Positions 7,903-15,498 are shown, counted from the first letter of the stretch. The stretch: 47,779 nucleotides of DNA from Christensenellaceae bacterium (GCA_031256235.1 JAIRQZ010000009.1:1-47779); one strand, 5' to 3'. Numbers and translations are program-made. Notes: generated from the sequence alone by a model not told the origin.

Positions 7903-9464
7903 TATGAAAACTCCTTTTCAATCATTGCTAATATTCTTTGATTTGCTTCTGCATCAACATTAATTGCAATAATATCAAGTATTTTCCCTATAATTTTGCG
8001 CTCTACTTTACTACATCTTTTTAATCTATCGGTCCACCAAGCCTTTTTATTCTTATTATCTTCATTTGTTTCTCCCACACTTTTCTCAACTATATTTGCA
8101 TCACGATGTGTTCTTATTATATTAGCAACTTTACCTTGCAACGAGTCTTCCTCTAGACTTTCAATCTTCTTTCTAATATCTGTTTCAGCCTTCTCGGCAT
8201 TCGCCCTTATTTCAGCAAGTTCGCTTTCAAGTTTGTTTTTTTCAGCATTCCCAACAAAAGAATTCTCTTTTTTCTTTTTATCAAATTCTTTCTTTTTAAT
8301 GTTATATATTTCGATTTTTTTGTAAGAGCTGTTTATAGATGATGCGTTGTAATAAGTTCTATAGAGCTCGTCGTCAAAATATTTTTTGAGTTCAACTTCA
8401 AACTTCTCGCTCGAAGAATTAGTGTTAAAATAATCACGCTGCGAATTAGGTATTAAGTTTTTATCTATTGTAAAAACTTCACCAATAAAATAATTATTGC
8501 CTCTGTCTTCTTTAAATAATTTTTCCAAAGCGTTTTCATCGCCAATTTGGATGTTTTCTTTTCTAAGCCTTATTCCTCGCATTTTGTTTGACTTTGGAAT
8601 GGCTTGTTTAAACTGGCAAACTCCAATCCATGACCAAGCAATTAAACTTTTATCGTCACTGTAAAAACCCTTGAACGCAATATCCTTGACCTCGTCATAC
8701 TTTTTCTCACCATTTGTTAAGTGCGTAATGTATTTTTTATAAACATCTTCACCATTTATTTTAACAATATATTCATCAATTGGATACCCTATTTCCTTTG
8801 CTTGCTTGTAAATCTCTTCACGAAATCTAAATGTGTTTTGATAAGGAACAGGTGCTACAAATGATAGATATTCTTTAACTTTAATAATGTTTAATAAACC
8901 ATTATTGTGTTTGTCAATATTCTCTAATTTTACAACAAAAAAATGGCTTTCAGTATTCTCCGTTTTTTCTGAACTGAAGGAGTAAATTTCTTTCAATATT
9001 TCGGTAGCACTATATTTTTTCTCTTTTGTTTGATGCTTGTTTAAGAGCTCACGCATTCTTTTGGCATCACAGGACATTGTTGAAATAATATTTTCACCCT
9101 TGCATTTTGTTGAAAAAACTAGTTTATCACAAAATGCCATTCCGCAAAGCCTTCCTATTCCACGAAATCCCTTATCTTCGCCAAGTGTTTTATCTGAACT
9201 TGCCACATTAACTAATATCCTTTGGAAATCATCTTTGGATATTCCTGTTCCGTTATCTTTAATTTCAATACTTTTTGCAGATTGGTCTATCCATATTTCA
9301 ACTAAACCCTCATTTTTATTAGAAATTATTTCTTGTTCAACTGCTTTATCAATAGAATCACAAGCATTTTGAATATATTCTCTATAACAAACGAAGGGAT
9401 TTTTATACATCCCTGTCGTTAAACTATCTAAAATATTCGCACCAAAAATAATTTGTTCTTCCAT
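7902..9464 (-). CDS. GHKL (Bergerat-fold) ATPase, MORC/Hsp90/MutL-like, with C-terminal coiled-coil
   Basis: It has N box EYIQNACDS, G1 box DNGTGIS and G2 box GFRGIGRLCG. The C-terminal region is Lys/Glu-rich heptad-like (NKLESELAEIRANAEKAETDIRKKIESLEE). Confidence 0.75.
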   Translation of the reverse strand: MEEQIIFGANILDSLTTGMYKNPFVCYREYIQNACDSIDKAVEQEIISNKNEGLVEIWIDQSAKSIEIKDNGTGISKDDFQRILVNVASSDKTLGEDKGFRGIGRLCGMAFCDKLVFSTKCKGENIISTMSCDAKRMRELLNKHQTKEKKYSATEILKEIYSFSSEKTENTESHFFVVKLENIDKHNNGLLNIIKVKEYLSFVAPVPYQNTFRFREEIYKQAKEIGYPIDEYIVKINGEDVYKKYITHLTNGEKKYDEVKDIAFKGFYSDDKSLIAWSWIGVCQFKQAIPKSNKMRGIRLRKENIQIGDENALEKLFKEDRGNNYFIGEVFTIDKNLIPNSQRDYFNTNSSSEKFEVELKKYFDDELYRTYYNASSINSSYKKIEIYNIKKKEFDKKKKENSFVGNAEKNKLESELAEIRANAEKAETDIRKKIESLEEDSLQGKVANIIRTHRDANIVEKSVGETNEDNKNKKAWWTDRLKRCSKVERKIIGKILDIIAINVDAEANQRILAMIEKEFS

Positions 9465-9479
9465 TGTTTACCTCTAATT

Positions 9480-11159
9480 TTACTTAAATTGCTTATATAT
9501 TGGTTTTGGGAATCTAACTTTTAATAAAGACCTGAATACTGGATTTTGCAAGATATACTCTCCTTGATCTAATCGTGTGAGCATATTCTTGTAAGTTGAA
9601 TGGATACTTGAATAACTACTTGTTGAGGTTTCTATTGAGTTTGTTCGCCCGTAAGCGTGTGTCGCACAGTTTCCAGTGACACGTTTGTGAATATCAGACC
9701 TAAACTGTTCTGCACCAAACAACACAACACCCAATGAACGACCTCTCTCTGCTACATCCAATATTCCTCTAAGTATAGGTGAATGCTTTGGCGCATCTGT
9801 GCCAGCATATTTATTTAATTCATCAATAAAAACAACAATACGCTCCGGTGGATTTACACCATGTTCCTCGCTGAAAACATCTTGCTTGAGGTCGTAAATA
9901 GTTCTTAAGCAATCACCGAAAACAAAAGCCTGCTTATCCTCCGCCAGCTTTGCAATATCTACAACAAAAACATCATTTGCTTTAATTTGCTTTAATTCGT
10001 CTTGCAAACGACATTCATTGTTTTGTTTGCTAAATCCATTTGCGAACATGCTATCGTTTTTAATAGCTTTTGAAACTATTCTTTTAAACTTGCGCCAACT
10101 CATAATTGAGATTTCATCTTTCTGTGATTTCGGGTCACCTTTCTGTGTCTTTTCAGAAACTTTATCTAAGAAATCCTGCCAAGTGTCAAGACCGTTAAAC
10201 TCACCATCGCCAATTATCTTTTCAATAATTGACTCCATTGTCTGCGTAGTATCATCAATATTTGCAAACATCATCTCGATGCTTTCTTTATCATCTTTAT
10301 ACAGATATTTATATTTCTTCAACTGTTGTGCTCTTATGTAATTATCAACATCGTCTTTACCCATGTATGTAGATTGACGCGAATCAGAGGACGCAGAGTA
10401 TGGGATAAAATATTTAACATTTTCGAACGGTTTATCGATTAAACCTAATCTTTTGTATTCTTCTTTTACCTTAACTGACGCATCGCTTTCGTTCTCTTTA
10501 TCAATGGCCAACAAATCTCTGCCCTTAACATTAAAAATTACAAAAGCAGTTTTGCGCGCATCTTCGTTTTGTTGATTATAATCTTGAATAGCTTTAAGCA
10601 AAAACATTGCGTATGAAGTTTTTGTAGCCAAACCAGAAATACCTGAAATATTCAAATGTGCTCCTTCTGGACCAAGTAGAAATTCACTATTAAGATGTAC
10701 TGGCAAGATAACTGGGTTTTCTGTTCCAGCATACATTTTTAAAGAACCGCAAAGTAATTTGTGTTCAATTTTGTCAAGACCTAATGCCTGTATGATTTCT
10801 TCTTCGGTAGCTAAATAAACCTTATCATTATTGTGAACAGGTGTTTCATTGCCTTTAGTATTAAATGAAACTTTTGCTTCTACATAATTCATACCTACTC
10901 GCAACGTCGGTTCCAGCAACTCTGTGTCGCCAAAATCCGAAGAAATGAAGTTAGTTAAGAAACTTTGTGCGTCAGTAATATGCAAAATATTTTCGATGAC
11001 ACCAAAAGTATGTGAACCATCTCTTCGTTCCACTTTTACAACATCAAAAGCGTGCAACCTTAGATCAGAGTTTGTCCAAAATTTGAACTCATCGATTGTG
11101 GTCGGATACTTCTCCGTCGCCAACACCTTACCAATTGCCACTTTAGTTTCTTTTCCCAT
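9480..11159 (-). CDS. HerA/FtsK-superfamily ATPase (HerA-like, DUF87-type)
   Basis: The N-terminal barrel-like segment is IGKVLA...FDVVKVER...TFGVIENI. It has a deviant P-loop NISGISGLATKTSYAMFLL, Walker B RIVVFIDELNKY and a downstream RSLGVVLFGAEQ...THAYGRT. The start is set at the ATG at 11159 with SD aaggaga; the ORF track extends to 11219. Confidence 0.65.
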   Translation of the reverse strand: MGKETKVAIGKVLATEKYPTTIDEFKFWTNSDLRLHAFDVVKVERRDGSHTFGVIENILHITDAQSFLTNFISSDFGDTELLEPTLRVGMNYVEAKVSFNTKGNETPVHNNDKVYLATEEEIIQALGLDKIEHKLLCGSLKMYAGTENPVILPVHLNSEFLLGPEGAHLNISGISGLATKTSYAMFLLKAIQDYNQQNEDARKTAFVIFNVKGRDLLAIDKENESDASVKVKEEYKRLGLIDKPFENVKYFIPYSASSDSRQSTYMGKDDVDNYIRAQQLKKYKYLYKDDKESIEMMFANIDDTTQTMESIIEKIIGDGEFNGLDTWQDFLDKVSEKTQKGDPKSQKDEISIMSWRKFKRIVSKAIKNDSMFANGFSKQNNECRLQDELKQIKANDVFVVDIAKLAEDKQAFVFGDCLRTIYDLKQDVFSEEHGVNPPERIVVFIDELNKYAGTDAPKHSPILRGILDVAERGRSLGVVLFGAEQFRSDIHKRVTGNCATHAYGRTNSIETSTSSYSSIHSTYKNMLTRLDQGEYILQNPVFRSLLKVRFPKPIYKQFK

Positions 11160-11169
11160 TTTTTTCTCC

Positions 11170-12366
11170 TTAAAATAACTGCAGAAAACTCTCTGCTGAT
11201 ATATATTTTGATTTGACATATGTTTCTGTCATATACATCGGATAAATATGATTTGCCCATCGTAAATCCGAGCCATAACACACTGGGTTTCGCTCGTTTA
11301 TGATATACGCACTCAACGTGTCCACTAACTCGCTGTCAATTCCGTTTTCAATTTCTTCGCTTGTTACTAGCATCTTTTCTACTTTTAATATTCCGTCAAA
11401 TGGAGTCCTAGTTTTCTCTTGACCTTGTAAACGAATATACCAAACAGCAAAGTCAACATCACCACAGAATTCATTATGATAACGCGCCACAGGAGTTCTA
11501 CTATACAATGGCAAATCTGCAATAAATCCTGGATTTGGTTTCCCATTAATATCGCAACAAACTGAAGGATTAAAATGCTTGGACGCACCTAATACGAAAT
11601 TGTAATTCTGTTTAAACTTCGCAAATTGTTTCTTTTTCTCCTCTTTAGTTATATCTTTTTCATAAACAGGTTGAGAGTATTCAAGCGAGCCATCTTTCAC
11701 TAAATAATTATTTTGGTCTAGTTTTCCTTGGCTGACAAATAATGCAACCATTTCTTTTTCTTTTTCAATCATTCTGTCCTGGACTTTTGCAGTCGCTCGG
11801 TCTTCACACTCTCCATCTTTCTTAATATCATTAGTTTTATAACCCAAAACAGATCCGATTTTAATGCCGAGTCTTTTTAATTGATTACAAGTTTGTGAAA
11901 TCTTTAAGGCGAGTTGCGAAAAGAACTCTTCTTTTCTATCGGCATTAGCTTTCTCAGGCACGGCTAAAACAATTTCGTTAATGCATCTTTCCTGTTTTAA
12001 TATTCTATTTTTTCGTTTACAACATCCTACTCCTATTTGCCCAGCAATTATTGGATAAATTTCCATGCGATTACCCGAAGCATCATAACCCACATTATCA
12101 ACTTTATATACCTTCCTTGATCCATCTAAAAAATAAGTTAATATTTGTGAATCCCCATGTGATAGTTCTTTAGCCTTTTGTGTCAAATTTATCCATGTTT
12201 TATACTTTTCAGTTTCGCCGTATTTTTGCCACACATTTGATTTTTCTCTTTCGTCAAAACTTATTGCCGAATAATCGCCACTATCTAAACTATATTTACG
12301 CGCCTTATAACTTTTCCCACCTGTTTCGGTTTCGAGGATAGCGGTTATCTTTCGTTTTTCTAACAT
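11170..12366 (-). CDS. NurA-like nuclease
   Basis: It has two DGS motifs in beta-strand contexts (LTYFLDGSRKVY and YLVKDGSLEY) and a C-terminal ANHIYPMY segment, as in NurA-domain proteins. It lies immediately upstream of a HerA-like ATPase, the canonical pairing. Confidence 0.5.
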   Translation of the reverse strand: MLEKRKITAILETETGGKSYKARKYSLDSGDYSAISFDEREKSNVWQKYGETEKYKTWINLTQKAKELSHGDSQILTYFLDGSRKVYKVDNVGYDASGNRMEIYPIIAGQIGVGCCKRKNRILKQERCINEIVLAVPEKANADRKEEFFSQLALKISQTCNQLKRLGIKIGSVLGYKTNDIKKDGECEDRATAKVQDRMIEKEKEMVALFVSQGKLDQNNYLVKDGSLEYSQPVYEKDITKEEKKKQFAKFKQNYNFVLGASKHFNPSVCCDINGKPNPGFIADLPLYSRTPVARYHNEFCGDVDFAVWYIRLQGQEKTRTPFDGILKVEKMLVTSEEIENGIDSELVDTLSAYIINERNPVCYGSDLRWANHIYPMYMTETYVKSKYISAESFLQLF

Positions 12367-12375
12367 ATGAACTTA

Positions 12376-12404
12376 TATGTATCACAAATTTACATGAAAG
12401 TCAA
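12376..12404 (-). promoter_or_regulatory. Candidate promoter of the island operon
   Basis: On the minus strand it reads TTGACT, a 17-nt spacer ending in TGa (extended -10), then TACATA. The -10 ends 9 nt before the ATG at 12366, and there is no SD. Confidence 0.35.
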
Positions 12405-12459
12405 ACCCAAAAACATCACGAAAGTCCAGTTAACAGTACACTACTTTGCTTTTCATACT

Positions 12460-13383
12460 TCAAACGAGAGACAAATAATGATCAAGCGACTTCTCTGCGA
12501 CTGAAATTACCAGCTTAACAAATGTGGTATAATCTTTTGTAACGTGCGCATGGTCGAGCGCGTCATAGTACTCAAGGCGCTGTTCCCTACGAATTATTAA
12601 TGGCGGGAAGCCATTCTTAATCGCAATGAAATTCATCAGTAGCCTTGCAGTGCGCCCGTTGCCGTCAACGAAGGGGTGGATTCTAACAAATTCACCATGA
12701 AGTAATGCCGAAACGACAAGCGGATGGTATTGCTTTGACCAGGTCTTTAAGTCAAGCGTTAGTTGTTCCATTTGTTCAGGAACGAAAATATGGTCCGGGG
12801 GAATATGTGTGGCGCCGGAAATGATAACCTTCTCGTTGCGATAACGGCCAGCGTTCTCTTGGTCGATTTCTTTTAATACAAGCTGATGAATACTTTTGAT
12901 GTCGCGTTCAATGAGAACAGAATTCTTACTTACTAGCTCCTCAAGATACAAGATTGCCTCTTTGTGGTTTATTGCCTCAAGATGTTCCTTAACGCTCTTG
13001 CCACCAATTGTGATGCCCTCGAGGACAACCTTTGTCTCTTTAAGTGTTAAAGTATTTCCTTCGATACCGTTGCTGTTGTATGTCCATTCAATAAGTTCGT
13101 TGGACTTGATGCTTTTAATCGTCGCAATCGGAAAGGGACGCTTACTGTTTAACAGTGCAAGTTTTTCATCGATGGTTGCAAGGTTACTTGGCAAGTTAAT
13201 TATGAACTCACTTGGCTTTACACTAACACGAGTATCACGTGGCTTCTTAACATCGTTTGGAATCAGCCAGGATTTACCCATTTTGGTTGCACCTTGGATG
13301 CGCCCTTCTTCTATGAGTTGCCTTATTCTTCTTTCGCTTATGCCCCATTCTTTCGAGAGGTCGTTCAAGGTTTTGTATTCCAT
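12460..13383 (-). CDS. Fic family protein (class II, AMPylase-type) with N-terminal HTH
   Basis: It has the Fic motif HPFVDGNGRTAR, the intramolecular inhibitory motif SNGIEGN ((S/T)xxxE(G/N)) and an N-terminal excisionase/MerR-like HTH (LSKEWGISERRIRQLIEEGRI). Confidence 0.9.
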   Translation of the reverse strand: MEYKTLNDLSKEWGISERRIRQLIEEGRIQGATKMGKSWLIPNDVKKPRDTRVSVKPSEFIINLPSNLATIDEKLALLNSKRPFPIATIKSIKSNELIEWTYNSNGIEGNTLTLKETKVVLEGITIGGKSVKEHLEAINHKEAILYLEELVSKNSVLIERDIKSIHQLVLKEIDQENAGRYRNEKVIISGATHIPPDHIFVPEQMEQLTLDLKTWSKQYHPLVVSALLHGEFVRIHPFVDGNGRTARLLMNFIAIKNGFPPLIIRREQRLEYYDALDHAHVTKDYTTFVKLVISVAEKSLDHYLSLV

Positions 13384-13387
13384 ATCT

Positions 13388-13418
13388 ATATCCTACCGCA
13401 TACGGAAGGATATGTCAA
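13388..13418 (-). promoter_or_regulatory. Fic promoter with overlapping palindromic operator
   Basis: On the minus strand it reads TTGACA (13413-13418), a 17-nt spacer, then TAGGAT (13390-13395), with 6 nt to the ATG. An imperfect 26-nt palindrome ATATCCT-n12-AGGATAT (13388-13413) covers the spacer and -10. Confidence 0.45.
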
Positions 13419-13459
13419 CACATTATTACATAAGGAATTAAAAAGATTATCGGATTTTC

Positions 13460-13493
13460 TGACACTCATTTTGGCACTCAATTTTTACTGTAA
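13460..13493. repeat. Island-flanking imperfect direct repeat, tig-side copy
   Basis: tgacactcattttggcactcaatttttactgta aligns with 4645-4678. It lies between the tig terminator and the Fic promoter. Confidence 0.45.
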
Positions 13494-13505
13494 TATTAAA
13501 ATCGT

Positions 13506-13538
13506 TTTAAAAGGCGCCTTTGCGGGCGCCTATTTTTA
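13506..13538 (-). terminator. Rho-independent terminator of tig
   Basis: The stem is GGCGCC (13513-13518) / GGCGCC (13525-13530) with a 6-nt loop, flanked by an A-run and a T-run. It lies about 70 nt downstream of the tig stop. Confidence 0.6.
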
Positions 13539-13605
13539 TTACTTATTTTCTTGTCGAATTAGTAGAATGTTTGTTGAAAGGGTCAACTACTATTGGTACT
13601 AGCAT

Positions 13606-14748
13606 TTATTTTGCCTCCTTTAATTTATTATGTGTTTCAAGGAATTTTATAACCGAATCAAAGTCTTTCAAGTTTTCTTTCTTTGCAATGGCGTCCAAAA
13701 TAAGGGCGACTTTTGCGCTGTTTTGGGCGTTATTGCGTTGGATTTTTTCAATCTTTTCCACGGTCGACCCGATTGCAGTTGCGTACATTTCAAGAGTATA
13801 GCCACTTTGTGCAAGACTTTGCTGGGTGTCGTGCATTATTTGATGAAAATATCGGGCGACAAGTTTATCGTGCACATCAACTTTTGTGTTGTCGCAAATC
13901 ACGCGCAACAGCTCTTGTTCGTTAAGTTTGTCACTTTCGATTTTGGATTGCTTTTCCAAACGCGCTCGAATGTCCTTTTTGAACTCGGCCAAGGTGTTGA
14001 ACTCGCTTGATTCCTTTGCCAAATTGTCGTCAATCGCAGGAATTTCACGGATTAGGATGTTGCGGATTTCAACTTTAAAAACGGACTTTGCGCCTGCCAA
14101 TTCCTTGGCGTGGTAGTCTTTTGGGAAAGTCACGTTCACATCAAGTTTGTCACCAACTGTTTTGCCAACAAGTTGTTCTTCAAACGTGTCGATGAACGAA
14201 TGCGAACCAATTTCAAGTTCATGGTTTTTGGCCTCGCCACCCGCAAACTTTTTGCCATCGACAAAGCCCGTGAAATCGATAACCGCGATATTGCCGTTTG
14301 CGATTTTGTGACCTTTGTCCGCCGCGATTTGACGAGTACGGCCACCAGCCACACGAGCCAGGAAACCGTCAACTTCTTTGTCTGTGACTTTTATTGTTTT
14401 TGAATTAATCTCAAGCCCCGTATATTTGCCAAGTGTGAATTTGTCCTGGACTGGGATTACCGCAATAAACTCGATACCGTCAGGTTTTTGGCTTATATCA
14501 ACCTCGGGGTCGTCCAAAGGCGTCACATTCGGGTTACCTTCCAGATACTTTGAAAAGGCCTTGTTGAACAGTGCATTGAAAGCAGGTTCAGTAAAAACAT
14601 CGCCATATTCCTTTTCAATCATGCCGCGTGGAGCGTTGCCGTCGCGAAAGCCCTTGACCTTGTATCGGGCGCCCTCGCGCTTGCAAGCCTCGTCCATAGC
14701 GGTGTCGACCTGCGCCTTTGTGAAGTTAAATTTTGCTGTTACATTCAT
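13606..14748 (-). CDS. tig: Trigger factor (compact, 380 aa)
   Basis: It has the ribosome-binding motif GFRDGNAP and the FKBP-type PPIase segment VIDFTGFVDGKKFAGGEAKNHELEIGSHSFIDTFEEQLVG. Confidence 0.9.
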   Translation of the reverse strand: MNVTAKFNFTKAQVDTAMDEACKREGARYKVKGFRDGNAPRGMIEKEYGDVFTEPAFNALFNKAFSKYLEGNPNVTPLDDPEVDISQKPDGIEFIAVIPVQDKFTLGKYTGLEINSKTIKVTDKEVDGFLARVAGGRTRQIAADKGHKIANGNIAVIDFTGFVDGKKFAGGEAKNHELEIGSHSFIDTFEEQLVGKTVGDKLDVNVTFPKDYHAKELAGAKSVFKVEIRNILIREIPAIDDNLAKESSEFNTLAEFKKDIRARLEKQSKIESDKLNEQELLRVICDNTKVDVHDKLVARYFHQIMHDTQQSLAQSGYTLEMYATAIGSTVEKIEKIQRNNAQNSAKVALILDAIAKKENLKDFDSVIKFLETHNKLKEAK

Positions 14749-14756
14749 ATTTTATT

Positions 14757-15173
14757 CTACATAAGATTTGTGCAGTATGCAATTAAAATTACTATTAAAA
14801 GTAATTTGAAAGCGATAATAATGCCGTAAGTGGTTTTTTTACGGATGATTTCTTTTTTATCTTCGGGAGTAAAGCATGACGGTGTCCTGATTCGACCGTA
14901 AATCTCGGTTTCTCTTATTTTGTGTTCGAATTCAAGTTTTTTGATTTTACGCCTGAAATCAATCATATCTTGCAAAGTATCTTGAGTACTTGCACCAACC
15001 GCGATTACGCCTGTGCCAATCGCAAAATACAACAGTGTACCCGACTTGTCTATACCACTAATGCTCATCAAAAAAAGTGCCACTAACCCGCCCCAAAACG
15101 CTACCCGTCGAACAAGGCGCCCGTCATACCAGCACTTAAATTGCAAAAACAGTTTATTATTTTTTTTCATCAT
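14757..15173 (-). CDS. Membrane protein, unknown function
   Basis: It has three hydrophobic helices and a basic central loop, and is tightly packed between neighbouring genes. Confidence 0.4.
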   Translation of the reverse strand: MMKKNNKLFLQFKCWYDGRLVRRVAFWGGLVALFLMSISGIDKSGTLLYFAIGTGVIAVGASTQDTLQDMIDFRRKIKKLEFEHKIRETEIYGRIRTPSCFTPEDKKEIIRKKTTYGIIIAFKLLLIVILIAYCTNLM

Positions 15174-15469
15174 TAGAACAATCTTGTAAAGTCTTTGTTA
15201 AGGATTAAGAACACAACTACAAGGATTGTTGCGACAACCCAAATAACGCATTCCACAAAGTTGCGTGTAGCCCAACGGCGTTTACCGTCGCGGAATACGT
15301 AAAGACCCGAGTAGAAAATTATCATTATATACGCAAGCACAATCGCGATCGCCATCAATGGGCCAGAAATGCTTGGTACGATTTTGGCAAGCAATAATGC
15401 AAAACCGATAAATGCCAATGCAAGGAACGCGACGAAGTTGAATACATAAGTCCAAGTGGTTTTAGCCAT
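15173..15469 (-). CDS. Small membrane protein (3 TM), unknown function
   Basis: It is 98 aa and almost entirely hydrophobic helices. The SD aaggagga lies upstream. Confidence 0.4.
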   Translation of the reverse strand: MAKTTWTYVFNFVAFLALAFIGFALLLAKIVPSISGPLMAIAIVLAYIMIIFYSGLYVFRDGKRRWATRNFVECVIWVVATILVVVFLILNKDFTRLF

Positions 15470-15498
15470 ATTTCCTCCTTTTATAAATATGTCTTATA

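Larger units (their letters stand above)
4679..13459 (-). mobile_element. Genomic island inserted between tig and clpP (no integrase or transposase seen; probably immobilised)
   Basis: It interrupts the conserved tig / clpP-clpX neighbourhood and is flanked by direct repeats. The 4803-12366 part is visibly AT-rich. Hand counts of G+C per 60 nt: 15 at 9481-9540, 20 at 11581-11640 and 21 at 5221-5280, versus 31 at 3001-3060 and 31 at 17041-17100. Confidence 0.55.

Noticed and set aside
4679-13459. I searched the island for an integrase, transposase, recombinase or inverted terminal repeats.
   Set aside because: All ORFs of reasonable size are accounted for and none shows tyrosine or serine recombinase or DDE motifs. 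Only the direct repeats suggest past mobility.
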